Shown: positions 36,801 through 51,800 of the stretch, piece after piece
Layout: the number at the start of each line of letters is the position of its first letter
Position numbering within the stretch: the stretch's first letter is position 1
Assembly (NCBI GenBank): GCA_000934665.2
Contig: JYFJ02002405.1
Span: forward strand, 1-57,385
Direction of reading: 5' to 3'
From: Catajapyx aquilonaris
Taxonomy: Eukaryota
DNA length: 57,385 nucleotides
Notes under the pieces: generated by a model
Databases searched by the model: none
Told to the model about the DNA's origin: nothing
The model's input: the letters and a program-made list of their open reading frames with translations, nothing else
Program-made: the position numbers and the translations under genes

Positions 36801-39800
36801 AGTTTTATTTGCACCAAAAGCATTGTCCGCTGAGAACAAAGTTTTGAAACCCATTACTTGGCATGATCAAAGGCATGTCCTACAACACGGTCAAATATGT
36901 GCATTCTTTTGTACTGTACACTGTACCCAATTTATGGCTGGACGCTATGGCTTCTGTCGCGTCAAAGCTATGTATTTTTCAGAGGGAAAAAAACCCCAAC
37001 TGCTCAAGAGCCAAACCAGGCGAATGCAAAAGAGCATTGATCGGAGCGTGCGACCTTTGAAACCCAAGGTTGCGTCTCCTTTTTAAAAATATATTATTCA
37101 TATACACAAAGGAGATGCGGTTTCATACCTTGGGCACGGATGGGCAAACAAATCCCTTTAATTGGAGGAGCTGACTGCTACTCTAACTTCAGTTGCCACT
37201 TGTTTAAGTCCCCTTGGGCTTGGCAACAAAGGGCGACCAGCACGGCCGCGGTGAATCCTCATTGGGATTACTCCTCTGACATGATCCGGCTTCTGCTCTT
37301 GCACACCAAATGTACAGAGCGCTTTAATTAAGCATGTGACCCGAGACATTCTCGATAATTGTCTCTTCAGTGCGCAGCGACAGAGCCACGTCCAGTTTTT
37401 TAACAGAACCGGGTATAAAAATAATTTTACGGGTACATTTATAGTAAGGGGTAGCTTAATATCAACAGTGCGTTTTACGATATAACTGGTCGGTTCAGAG
37501 AGAAGCATGGAGTGTTAATTATTCAGAATGCTAAAGGTTAATGAACGTGCACTGTAAGTGCATCAGAGGGCAATGCCCTTTGGAATAACTCGCTTAAAAT
37601 AAGGATGAAAGGGATATTGTGAACCGAATTTGGTAGAATTGCTAAGGAGTTTTCCAGGGTTTGACTCCAGAATATTAAGTTGTGCTAATGGAATTAGTCT
37701 CCGAGAGAAAGCGTCCTGGAACAGTTGCGGTAAGCCGGTACCATTACAAGTGTTAGGTACAATGCAAACATAACTTGAATAATACAAACCGTTAGACATT
37801 AGGGTGAGACGGTAGCTCAGTTGTAATGCTTGACTCCAGTTAGAGTGTAGTACGTTTACTTGTACGACAGTTATACACTAAAAGTAACGTATACGCTACT
37901 AGGGAGAAGGAAGGTACGGATGTTTATTTACCTCAGCAAATAGCTTCAAAACAAGGGAATTTGGCTGTGATTGTTGCTTCCAATGGGTTGCTCCATTACA
38001 TTGGTTTGCATTACTTACATTATTTTCATTACTTCTTATCTTATCCTTCTTTGAACTGGGAACTTGAGCAGTGCACCACTCCTCATAGATCTCTGATGGA
38101 TGACTTGATTTGTAATGGTAGCATTATGATGAGTCACGTTATGATGAAAGACCTGGCAACTATAGAGGATTTTGTCCCACTGTAATGTCGAAGTAGGGAT
38201 ATCTGAATAAGTAGTAAGAAGCCAGAAGTTTTCCACTCTCAGCAGGAATGATTAGTGGGGTGATGACATAATACTGTGAAACGCAGGCGGGGAAGGAGGT
38301 TTGCCAAGTGATGACGACATACGACGACTACAGAATGGGTGACGAGTTTTTTAAAAAGATGATCTGCTATTACAAAGTGTTAATATTGGGTGAAATAATG
38401 CAGTAAAAATTTATTAAACAGGGCAACAATGTTAAGTGTAACATTAATATTTATGTAATTTGACTTTCATAACTTGCACCGCAATAAAATGTGATTAGTG
38501 TTTACTAGTCTCTATAATGTTGCTGAACTTTTGGTAATAGTAAAAATAATTGTCGACCTTTTTACTAACAACCAATTAAGTTGAAATCGGAACTCGGATA
38601 TAAAATCATATGACAGTGCACTGACTTGTCATTATCTTTTCTTCATAAATTGCGGCTACACTGTTAAACGCAATATTTGCTCCATGTCAAACCAACCGAG
38701 ATATATTCAGTCAGAAAATTAATGGGAAAATCATGTTCTCATATTGCACTGAGCCCCGGGAAAATGATGACGAATCGTGGTACTTTCATAATATTTCCTG
38801 TGAAGTTTCACCAGTCAATGTCACATCCATCCACTTTGAAACTTACTATTCTTGTCGGACACTTTCGTACTGCACAACAGACATTCGAGTAGTATCCTCC
38901 CTTCCCCGCATGGTCACTTGAACTTGATTCGGTTTTCTGTTCCATCGAGTTTGGATTCGAAAATCAAGGTTCTAACTCACATGCTGATTTCGTGTGGTGT
39001 GGATTCTTTTTTCCCTTCATGGATCGTGAAATCGAAAAGTAGCCTATACGTATACGTCTGATATTCAGTAACAGAATGCATCGTTTCGACATGGATGGAT
39101 GTGAAATCGACAAGTACAACTTCCTAGAAAATGTTTCGAATGCTTGAAGGTTCATTCCAGGTTTTTCCATCGGGGTTCAGTGCAACAAATGCGCAAATGC
39201 CATTCGTTTTCTGGCGGAGTTTCTGGCTTACATTGTTCATTTATTCTACAGTAGTTACCAGTTGGCACTGTACCGGTATTCTCTTTGTTCGTCCGAGTTA
39301 ATCACATGCAAAGGCTAGACTTACGCTGTTGTCCAGCGAGCTTGGTCAGATCCCAATTCTAAACTGCCAGAACTAGGAATTACAGTATTCAAATACATAT
39401 TACGTAGTCAGCGTTTCGCAGAACGCAATTTAGATTATGCCAAGTCTTTGTTGCAACCAGCCTTACATGCATAAAGACAAACAACCTACAGCACTTACGC
39501 ATATAAAAAGTGAAGTAGGGACTGGAGCTTTGCGTTATGAGGCTCCCAGCAATTTACTTGTGCAAAAGTACTTATGCAAATAAACTCTTTCACTTTCGAG
39601 CCCTTTATGCAAAATCCCTGCAGCAATTTGCCATCTTTCTTCATGTCCAATTTGCCCTGATGCCTGTTCCACCCTCCCACCAACCAGTTCAAAGACTTGG
39701 CAACTAACGAGTTATTGATTGATTATGATTGATTCGTTCCCGTAAGTAGTTGGAGCGATTTGAATGGAAACCTCCTGGTGCGTACATAGGAAATGAGCTG

Positions 39801-42800
39801 TGTGAGCTGAAGGAATTTGGGCGATGTAGACTCTGCAAGCTTGGGCACTGTGTAGGTCTCATGAGGTTCAAGCACGAGCGGATTTATGGTTGTTAGGTAA
39901 AGAAATACGGGCAAGTTTGGAGGCTTGAGGAGGGGGTGGAGGGGGCGTTGTGGGAGGGCAGTTTGTCTTAGAGAAGGTCAGGGTTGAAGATGATGCCACC
40001 GTTGGGGGGAAAACCTTTATCACCTATGGGAAGAAGAAGGCGTGAGTGAGACAGATTTTCTACCTGATGAAATATTTGACCACTTTGACACCCACGGTCT
40101 GCTCCTATTATCACTGACACGTGGAATACTTCAGCTCGTAAATCACCTGTATATGAAGTATCCGCGAATGACCTGGGACCCTGCCAACGCCCTTAATCTT
40201 CTAAGTCCACAACCAGGTTATTTTTCCCTATATAATCGCTACGGGTAGATGGCACTTAGTCTCGATCGCTGTACCCGACATCTATTGGCATTATTCCAGA
40301 AATTAAAACATTGATTACAATTTGGTATATCTTCGACATCATGAGAAATCCACCAAGTCAAATTTCTCTGCTTTTCTGCTTTATCGCCTGATGAAGTTAA
40401 TTTAGTCCTAAGAATTGATAATGAGCCAGCAAGTCAGGATTTTATGTATTTACTAGAATGTAAACGAATTTGCGCATGATTATTTCGAAACTTTTTAAAA
40501 TTCCTCTATACCGACAATATGTACAAATTCTTACAGGTAAACGTAGACATACAGGCAGGATGTGATTGGCATCTAGGGTGATTAAACGGAAGAACTCGAA
40601 AATACAATTTGAGATGAAATGGTGCATGCGGTGTGTTTCCAGCCCAAAACTGCCGATAATCAGCAACCACCGTGACGGTCCTTAATTACTCCCCAACGCT
40701 AATGATGCACCTGGAATTCCAACCAACCACCCCATCTCCACCATCTAGCCCACCGACCTCCACACAGCCTCAGGGTACCTTTTGGGAGTTCTATCACACA
40801 GTGTGTACACTTTGCCGGTTTCCAAAGTAAAGCCAAGTTTCTAGCCACATATACACTGACTTGCTCATCGATCCTCTCCAGAAGAGTGGAAAAACTAGGA
40901 AGAAAAAAAAAAGATGGAATAGGATCGCTCTGCTGCAGCAAAGCTGCCCTACGTCTTATATACGGCACGAACACCTTTTTGCAGACCAAGGTTACTCGTT
41001 CTTTGCAAAAAAGAGACGCTGGGGCTTCATTTGGAGCGCAGTGGGAACACTTTTTAAATGAAGTGCACTCTTCGTTTTGTAAGCGGAAGGTTACAGGAAT
41101 AGGTGAAAATAAGAAAGATAATAAATAAAGAGGACTGCATATAGCACAGACGGGAGCAAGGAGGAAGCAATTAGCCTCTCTGCAATTAACTGCGGCAATT
41201 ATAATGGGGAAATGAGAAATTAGACAATCCTTGTCCCACGCTAGTGCAATTATAGGCAATGTTCTGTATATTTGACAGTTGCTAGACTCGTCTATTACGC
41301 CGTGAGAAATTTGTAGCTCGGCTTGCTCACTCTGTTGCCGGGTTAGCAGATTCATATTGTGGTATTGATATTAAGTTGAGTTCATAAGGGAAGGCCAACA
41401 AGAGAGAAGCTACCCCCTGAAGTGTTTCGGCTCATATCTTGTGCTTTAAAGGAGATCATTCAAGGCTGTGTGGGACAGACCATTTGACTGAAATTGTTGG
41501 CTTGTCCTGCTTTAAAAAGCAATATGCATGGTGATACTAGGTTAGTAAGGGACTGAGAAAATTGTTTGGCCCATTTTAAGGCAATTTAATGCAGTAACCC
41601 ATTGGCTAATTTGAGTGTGCACAACACGGTTGCTCCCATTTAGTCGACCCACTACGCCTTCTAACGTGTCCTGCACATCATCCTATACGCTAGGGTCACC
41701 CAATAAATTGATTGACATTGATTGACTACAGTGCACTCTGCATGCATATGTAACCATGCATTCAAATCCTATTTGCCCCCTGTGTCCCCAACTTCATGCT
41801 CAAATATTTTAGGTGTCGTGTGTACTGTGGTCCATTTGAAATGTCAATTTGCCCAGCGCGAATTTTTTTGGAACATGAATTGAAATGTTGACACACCAAG
41901 TGGCCCGCACAATCTGCTCAAGAATCTTCTATTGTACGGTACCGACATTCCCTGTAATTCGAAGCACTATTGGATGGAGTGCCTGCAGCATAATGATCCT
42001 AGAGCATCCTGGAGTGTGGGACGCGGTTTCAACTAAAGCTCCGGTTGCCAAGCGTGAGTTTCCTGACAAAAGCGGCAAAAATCACTGGGAGTACCCTAAC
42101 TCCTAGTTCCTCTGAATAGGCTTCTAATGAAAATGGGAGCACAACAGCTCCGCCCTGCCAGCATCCTGTCATCAGAGGCTGGACCCAACGAGGAGGACGT
42201 GTCTTTTTTTAAATTGAGGTCCCCGTTGCCATTATTATGACCTAGTTTTTGGCAACATTGCATTGGTTCACACTTAAATGAAGTGTTCTTCTTGCTTGAC
42301 TGGAATTACTTGTGAGCCCCCGAACTGTATCCTTTAAGCCCCTTGCGGAGTAAAGCCGATAGCATCAGACAGGGAGGGGTGCTCCTTGGAATTTACCCTG
42401 GTTCAATCTCAACCTGATATTTACATATCAAAACCTCCAGCTCCTTTTGGCTAGCTGCCTGCAAATTCCCACGAATATTATTCAACTCGGCAGTATTGTT
42501 TCGGAGGCCCCACTCAGTCTCGGGGGGTTATCATTATAATATTTGGTGCAGTTTGTAAGCATCTCCTTCAACCTTTGCTATATCAAGCACATTATTAGGG
42601 TGTAATCACAGACACAACTTTCCTGCACTTAGAATAAATAAAATATTTTTCCTGGAAAAAAATGATTTTGGTTACTGACATGGATGATCCGGTTTGACAT
42701 CGAAATTGTACGATTTGTCTGAGAATTAAAGGGGATGGTATATCCAAGGGTATATCATTTTCATGCTTGGATGACGCGGAGGCGCATGTTGCTGTCTCCG

Positions 42801-45800
42801 GGAGGTCGTTCGAAGAATAAAATCGTGGCTGTTTCTGGGAAAAAGAATGGGTTCCGATACTCCGTAATTGGCGACGAGGATCCCATTATAAACGAAATAA
42901 TAATTCCTATCGGATGGAACGAGTTGGTTGGGGGGGGGGGATTCCATTGCATCAAAGGACGTGCAGTTTATATGGCATTACCTGTTCGATCCTGCGGCGG
43001 TTATTTCCTTCGTGCTGAGAATTTATTATTCCATTTGTGATGGAGCCGGATTGGAAATCAAATATGGCCGTCGCGCGCAAGCAGTTTTCACCCCTCTCTG
43101 CGTGAATGAGATCTGGAACCGTGGGAGCCGACAGAAAATGGATCCCATCAACATTGATGAGAATTTAAAATGGATCCAAACAAATCCAGAGTATTGGCCC
43201 CTGAATTACGCTCCCTAATGTTTTCCGCCGGGATGCCTTCTGAACTTTTAATTCTTTTTAAGTGCCAATTTGTACGATCCTGGCATGTATGCAACCCTTC
43301 TGCCTTGTTTATTGCGGGACAGACTAACCGGCAGGCGTTTCGTTGCAGGTCTGCACCCGGGGTATCCCAGTGCCCTTCAAAGCCGGGGCAGCACCCCGGA
43401 GGTGACCCTGAGCCTTCTGGCCAAGCCATCCCCGTCTGCCAACACCCTTAGCCCAAGCCCCAGACATATGCCTTTGCTAGGAAGCTGGCTTGACCTCCGA
43501 TCGTCAGGGGCATCGGACAAGAACTCTTCCGGGTCCTCAGGAGGACTCAGCTCAAGACTAGTCCGGTTCATCGGACAAGGAAAGGACAGGATGGTCAACA
43601 ACAACCTGAACAACAACAACGATGACCAGAGAAGAAGGCTCAGCTGGGAAAGGTCAGCCTCTACTTTAAAAATACTATTTTCAGGGTAAAATGAGACGTA
43701 AAGCGAGCTGCTTTTAGCCTAGGTTTTTGTTGACATCGAAAGCATGTTCCGTCCTAGGTTGTAATGGAAAGAACAACTTCAGGGCACGAGCCAGAGGGGA
43801 GAATGTGAACTATGTGAGCGTTTCCCAAACAGAGTGCAGCCTCGGGTTTGGAGAAAAGATGCACTTAGAGAGCGTTTCAGGCTTTTCGACATCAGGTTGG
43901 GCTGCAGGAAATTGTTTGGGGCACACATTCCTCAAGGTGTCGGAGGTCGGTTGCATCCATTTTTGTCAGTGCGACCCACTTCCAGACATGGTTTTGCCGG
44001 GGACATCCTTTTAAATTTCCGCTCTGCTTCTTCTGGACCAATCACAGCCTGTCGATTGGCAGCGTCTCGTTTTAAGGTTGGCTGGACCACCTTGGGAGGT
44101 CCGAATGCAGACCCAAGACGCCACTTGACATCCAAAAGACGCGATGTCCTTTGAACTAACCCAAAGAAAGAAAAAAAAAACGGGTCACAGAATAGAGGCT
44201 CGATAATCCACGGGTTGAGGGTAATTGCGACCGAAACTAATTGGAGAGTAAATTGAAAGTGGCGGATGAAACGAAGCGCTGCTCAAGTTTGGAGTAGAAA
44301 AGAGGAATAAACTAGGTCATACGGGCCACTGCCCTCCTAGAATTATTTCAAGGGGCTTACATCTGTAAGCCTTCATTATTTTTCCCAGCTTCCATTTTAT
44401 TGAGCATTCAGGTCAATCCCCGAGTCAGTGTACGCCACAATATTATCGGACCCCGATTTGTTTGTATGCATCATGCAAAATCTGGCAGCTGTATCGCATT
44501 GTGTTGCGGCCATCAAGGACATGCAGTTAGTGTCGAAATTGCTCATTTAAAAAAAAATGGTAATGAGTAAACACTCATTTGCTAAAGTGGTGCCATTTGA
44601 CAGTTTTGTTCCGTTTCCAGTGGCGGCGACAGCTTCGGTCGGATGAAGCGGTCTGCATCCATCGACAGCATGGTGGCTATGTCTTCGTCCCGTTCTCCGT
44701 ACATGTCCGACGTTCCTTCCGCCCATCCGATGATGAGTCTCCGTCTTCCGTCCCCATTGCAGCCCAAAGGCGTTGCTCCGGTATCGCCATCTATCGTGAA
44801 GAAGTTCGGCGCCAAGGGAGGAGACAGGACTCCATCTGGTGCCGGTGAGTTGCCCACACTTCTTCCGAGACCCATCTTTATTCATAATTCCAAAGGAAGA
44901 CACAGGCCAAGATGTATACGGGACGTGACATGCCGTCGCCCGACAGCCGAAGGGAAATCATTTGTCGCGACTTGACGGGGATGGGCTTGCGTCAGTGACG
45001 TTGATGCCTAGAGGTCATTTCACTTTTCGGGACTTTATTTTCCTGGAGGTTGAGTTACGATATGGCTGGGTTGTTTGCGGGGGGGAAGAGACAGTTATGG
45101 CGTAATAAGTTCTGTACGTTCAGCATTTTGACATCAGACTGAGTAGTTAGAAATTGTTGTCGAGACCAGTACATGTCAGCTGGTGCTTGAGTTTTAAAAT
45201 TTAGCGGCAGATGGCACCTTGCGTATCTTCCGCAGGTAGGCCACCCACACCCACCGCCTCACCCAGCGGAGGTCACCTGACACTTTTATACAACCACAAT
45301 TATTTTAAAACCAACTTTAAAATGCTAGTCACACACACGAACACATGAAAACAATAAATCTGAATAATTACAACATGCGTTTCCCTATTGTATGGACAAG
45401 GGTCATTATATAAGGAAGTTGAGTCCTAAATGACATTAGGTATAACAGTGAAGGAAATGTGTGAATAGAGGAAGGGGGCAAGTACCGTAGCTGTTGTGCG
45501 GGACGGAATGAAAAACCTGTCCTTCCTCCAACAGCCGCAGGTGAGGGAGGGTGGTGTAGAGGTATGGGGGAGAACAGCAGGGTAGGAGGAAGGGGGTAGA
45601 GTTTTTGGTGGGGGGTAACACAGGTAGGATACAGGTGTGGGCAAGAAGGGCCCGTTGGTCTGAGGTCTTGCTGCGGGGGTAGGTGTCCTTGTTACCTGAG
45701 AAGCGGTGGATGGAAGAAGGGGAAGGGAACCAAGGAGGGAGGAGAAGAAGGAGGGTCAAAAGAAAGAAGGACGAAGCAGACCGAACCGAGCAGTCAAGCC

Positions 45801-48800
45801 GTGTTAAGCTCCTGGATGGATGTTATTCCTCGTGGGGAACTCTGGGGCTCTTGGTGAGTTCATTTCCACCATTCCTGCGCCACTCACAGACTCATCCAGG
45901 CGCAAATTGACTCCCTTCAGGTGCAATTTCGCAGCTTGACGTGCTCCTTGGGACTGTTCCTCAAAAGTGCGCTCGAAAGTCTGCAATTGCTGCTACCTGG
46001 GCTTGGCTGTAAAATAACTGTAGTGATCCGGTGTTACATATTAAACAGCCTACCGGGCCTGTAATTGAGAAAACTGGACGTAAAACCCCAGCCATTGCAA
46101 TAGGGGGAAGTAATATCACGTATTATGTTGTAATTGGATTGCTGAGCTTGTTTATCCTCATTTTACGTCGTTTGTATGCGTTTTTGCGTAATTTAGTGCA
46201 TTTCGAAATGGCGGCAGGTTGCGTGTATGATCAAGTAGGTGATTTATGAAAATGAGTCTAGCGCAATGCAATGACCGTATATTTTTTAAGCGGATGTTGC
46301 AGAATAGTATGACACCGGCGTATGTTTTCCTGCTGCAAATATACTGTAAGATTTATGAGTGGAAAATAACGTGCACGCCATCCTTGCAGCAGTGCCATGT
46401 TTTGCGTGCGGTTCCGGTTTTAATTGCGAAATGCGCAATTTACAAATTAAATTTTACCACAGACAACTGAGAAGCTTGATTAGCGCAATGGCGGGTGTCA
46501 CCTGAAGTGGTACAGTACTCCGGTGCAAATTGGGCAGACTTGATTACCTCCACGAATTATGCCGTTGTTTACTTTTCATACAACTTTCAACTTTGCACCA
46601 TTCACTGTTACGATGTGAAATAAATAGTCCGGAATTGGGGGCGAACGTAATTAAGAAAAAAAAAAAGAACAAGAGGTAGTGAAACTGCCCTTTCCAATGC
46701 CTTTCACCTGTGGCCAAGGTGCCTGAGTAGAGAAGTGGGCCAAAGAAACAGCCAAAAGGGGAACCTTTTTTTTTTTCCATCTAGACTGGAGCAAATGTTT
46801 GGGTCTTCTATGATGGTTTCCCAGGGCGGACCGGTAGGTGGGAGGCCAAGCGTGCTTCCTTTGGGAAATTCGACTTTGCCTTCGCGGGCGTTAGACTCTC
46901 TTGAGATTTTCTGTACACTTTAAATGTTAGTCTTCTGGGCATTTTTCAACGCACGTGAGAGAGGACAAAGGGCATGTAATTGCCAGAGGGGAGGAAATAA
47001 TCGAGGTAATAACCTCATATGTTGCGTGTCGGTATTGCCGACCTCATTTATGACGCAATGGTGTGACCTTTTCATGCTATAAAATGTGGAAGGAACCAGA
47101 CTCCGTGTACACTCTAATTGAAAAATCAGCGAAAATTAATCCTTATCCGGAATGACCTCCAGGACAGGAAGGAGCCTTCCGTTTATACCACAGGAAGTTG
47201 ATGAGATGTAGCCAGTGGCGGTTGGAAACAACAGAGGAAATAAGTATAAGTAAATAGGCGGGTGCGTGACCATATTTCAAAGCCTGGCACGATTAATTTT
47301 TTTCCTGATTCCACATGCGGAAAAGAACTGATTATTTTTTTTAGAGTTGTGGTTAGGCCTACATAACAGTAGGCTACTGGGTGCACTCAGCCTCATTTGA
47401 CCCATAATGTGATCCAGGAATCCCACGTGACGGTTCAGATTCTATTGTTGAACTAAGAAAAAGTGGGCCGAGATTCCTTTTTTGGGGTTCCTGTACACTC
47501 ACGTGTGTTTGCGGTTTCTCAAACAATTTTTTTTTTGTGCCAGTCTCATTCGTCCCCCTGCGGCCGGCATGTGAGCATAGGCTTGATTTCACCTGGCCAG
47601 CTGCTCATTACCCTGGTCAGTGGACAGGAACAATTCAGTGGTGTTCATTGTTGGAAGCTGGATATTGCCCAACTGTATACGCGATGGCATTGGTCACAAA
47701 GGACGAGTTGAAGAGGTCATCACAGTGGTTGACATCCCGCCTTCATCGCCTGTCTGTCCGGAGAAAGACTCATTCGGACATGAGTGAGCAGGACACAGTT
47801 CGAATCCTTTGTGTCAAAGACATACCTGATGGGGACCGACCCGAGCATTTGACGACAGGATTGAGAGGAAGTTGGGATGGACCGCACGTGGACCCCAAGC
47901 ACTATGTGCCTCTCAGGAGGACTGCGACTCTACATACTACATGGGAAGCTCGGAGTATGTCATTTGTACATATGTTTCTGAAGCAGGTCGTGCCAAATCC
48001 CAGAATTCCTCCGCCTCATTTAACGCTATTGGCATTAGTGGGCAAAAATCATTGACCAGAATAATGTGGCGAAATAACCGTGCAGCCGTTCCCATTACGT
48101 CAATTCGGGGGCTTCATCCGACGGTGCCCGTAAATGCAAACACTTAGCAAAATGACGGAGACCGGGGAATTGACTGCTGCGGTTTTCATATTTTAGGCAT
48201 CCAATTGAAAAAGGTCCAGCGCGGTGTTAAACGCTATGCCTAAAGTGGTGTTTTGGTGAGCCCAAATGCCAGCGTCGTCAGTCCTTCATTAACACTAACA
48301 GCCTGCTCTTAATGGAATAAGCAGAGTGGAACGTGCAGGCGTCTCCTTTGTGATGCACGTGTGTGAGTGAGTTAGTGAGCCAGACAAGAGCAGGCTGGAA
48401 TGGAAATCATCTCTTGTACATAGTGCTCTTGGCATAAATCCTAGCTCAGTTTGCTACATGAGTGACTCCCTGGTGACTCTTCGACATACAATTCGCGAGG
48501 TATATACTGTAAGCCTTCACCGCTTTCCTTTGTTTCATTATGCGTGCAGTGATGGGTATCAGTTAGCTAAGGGTAAGAAATTATAGTGACGTATATATCC
48601 AGCTCTAAATTTTTTTTTTGCTGCTTGCATTTTCCATCCTTTGATGTTGAAATCAGATGGAAGTGCACCATGAAGTTGCGAAATGTGTTGATGAGCACGG
48701 ATATTTTATTTTTATTTTTTCAGAGCGAAAGAGGGAGGGGATGGAACTTTTGGCTGGACTCAACTTAACCAAAGCAGAGAGGAAACGACTGGAAAAGTTG

Positions 48801-51800
48801 AACAAAATTAATATCCACTTGTATGGTAAGAGGACGATTGAAAATTAAGATCGCTTGATTGCGTCGTCACGCATACATTCTTCTCTGCACTTTGTTTCAG
48901 GACATTATTCCTTCCCTCACAACACTGTATACAATGGAAATTAACTTTCTTGAGAAACTTGTCAGCTGTTTTCTTCTTTCTGCTTGCCTCCAAAGTGTGG
49001 GTGAATTTTGTGCTAGTTGTAACGTTGTGGGAATGGGTTATTCGGTACAGGGAGTGATACCTATGATCGAGTTTCGCCCATTGTTTTGGCACACTTTTCG
49101 GCACGCGTGGCTCTGATTTTGCTATCCGGTTGCGCATGTGAATGGTGTGATTTTAGTGCAATTAATCTGCCTTTAATGTAAGCTGCGAGGGGACAGCCTG
49201 TAGAGCCAAGGTTAGAGCAACATTGGTTGGGGGGCGTGGAATAGATAATAATTTGTTGGTTCAATGTGTTTGCGTATATGGCATGTTCAGGCTCGGTGTA
49301 TTTTTTGTACTAATTGTTAATAAGGATCAACCAAAAAATGTGCTTTTTATGTAAGCTTCTTGAATAGTAATTAAGGTTATTTCGGGGATTCATATCTCCG
49401 TCTAAGAGTTACGTCATCATGTCTTGTTTACTGGGCGTGACATCATGCGAACTGCTTTGTTTGGTGAAGTGTATAGCCTGTGGTGCTTTTGTGCACCAAA
49501 TATGTTAATCAATTAATCACAATCTTGCGAAACACTGTAGAACATATGTATAACTCCGGAATGACTATTAATATTCGATATCAAGTCTGCTGAATGGAAT
49601 TCAGTTTTTTATGTACATAATTTGACTGTAATATTTAATATCACATGAAATTGCATGTGTACACTATATGGTGAACAGTACGTGAAATATATCGGCGTCG
49701 CTCACGACAAAACATTTTATCATTGAAGGAAGAATGAGGTGAAGGGCGTTTTACATCCGCAGGCCAGCTCGGCTGACGGAATAAATGAATATTGGTCAGA
49801 TAATTTGGGACATGGCATTTACATTGTCATATGTATATGTATGCAGAAAAGAAATTTTTACTCATTCACGATATCACGTAACCTTATTTCATTTTGTATT
49901 ACGTCACGCGACTTTAAATTTTCAATTTTAGTCGTCATTTTAAGGCGATTAAAATGAAAAATCGTGGGCATTTTTAAAAATCGAGGATTTAAGCTCATGC
50001 TCGATTAGAATAATGGCTTTCACGTGGGAAATGGTTTTCAAATGTGATAGTACTATTAAGGTAGTGGTATTTTAATGAAATGTCTTTAAATATGACGAAA
50101 AATTAGAATTAATTCTCGAAATAGAACGCTGGGCTAAGACCTTAGGGTTACTGAGCGTGATAAGCCGAAACTTCGCCACTGAACAGTTAATCTTTTTTAA
50201 ATTATGTCCTTCCAATAGGAAAACCTTCGATATCGTATAACACACAGCGACAGCCCTTAAAACAAGCAGTATTTGAAATTGCCTCTAGTGTTACCAGAAG
50301 AAAAAGAATAACAGTTTCTTTTTCTCTGCAATTACCTTGTCGCATTTCGTTCCTTTGTAAAGAACGGTGCCGAAAGTTTGCCAGTAATGGGTAAAGAAAC
50401 TAAGCTATTTGAGACGTTTCCGTCCTGAGGAGAACATGGAGTGATGGAATTATGACACAGCACTCTGCTTGTCCTCTGAAAGACTCTTGGAACATAAGTC
50501 TTTGTATATTTCCAGCCTTGAACTGACCTTTGGCCCCCATCATTTTTCCGCAGCTAAGGATAAGATAAAGGACTGCTTTAAAAAAAAGCTGGGGCGCCTG
50601 ACTTTGAAAAAATTTCCCAACGGTCATTTTACTCATGGGTTTCATTTCCTCCTCAGCTCTTTTCGCTGCGGTGGAACATGGGCAGCTGGAAAAAGTACGC
50701 ACCATACTCGACACAACGGAGGTCGACGTCAACAAGTAAATAGTTGGATGTGTACAAATGTTCGTATGTCAAGCCTCAGGCTCAACCTTGGTTTCCAATG
50801 TTTCAGTGTCAATAGCGATGGCTTCACAACACTCGACATTTCGGTGATGATGAATCACCTGCAGCTGACCAAACTTCTCATGGCTTATGGAGCCAAGGAA
50901 GGCAGCTTGGGTGAGACAAATCGTTAATCTTCTTTCCACCATCAGAAGTCATCAATAATAATTACCTCCACCAAATATATATATTGGAAATCATTGGCAG
51001 TCTTGCACTTTGCAAGGTTCAAATGCCACTGTGACTATAAGGCAACAGTTCATGGGAACAAAACCATAGTTCCTTGAATGATAGAAATAGCAACAATACA
51101 TTTACGAATATTATCTATACACTCTAGCACGCAGCAGGGATGGCCTCTCATCACATCTATCTCAGCTCCTAAAAGAAGCTGAGAGACGAACTGAAGATCT
51201 CACATCAGAGGTTCTCCGATGTGCAGCTGCTGGGAGCCTCACAGCCACTCAGTTAAAAGAAACAGAGCGCCAACTGAGTCTCTGGGACAGACGTTATAAG
51301 GTTTTGAAGAAAATGAGGTCAGGACTGGACCAACTGCGACCTCCTGACCAACCGTCTTGGGTTGCTGTTGAAGTTATTGGTCCCAATGCAGTAAAAATCA
51401 AGTTTAGGGAGCCTGATTGTCAGGTAAAGTTTTATGAAGTGCTTCTTTCACACTTGCAACTTGTGATTGGCAAATGGACGAGAGTTTAGTCTATTATAGG
51501 TATAAGAGTAATTAATTTAAATCATTCACTCGTTTGAAAATTTCAATTCACTCCATAGTGTAACGGCACATTGTTGCAGATAATCGAAGAGAAAAATTGT
51601 CCCTGTCTAAATGAAATATATTGTAAAGTTATCAACTTACTGTGTGTGGCATTATAAAATTCCTTCTGCTTAAAACTGATTAAAACCAATTAAAACAATT
51701 AACATTTCCTTATGCATCATAACAATGTTCACGAACTGCAGGTATACCCGTATTGTAGGCTGTCAGATAATTGAGCTTTTAGAGTAACTTTATCATAGGG

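Noticed and set aside
40699..41355. 218-aa minus-strand ORF
   Set aside because: Cys/Phe/Leu-rich composition typical of translated intron; no domain or splice signals.
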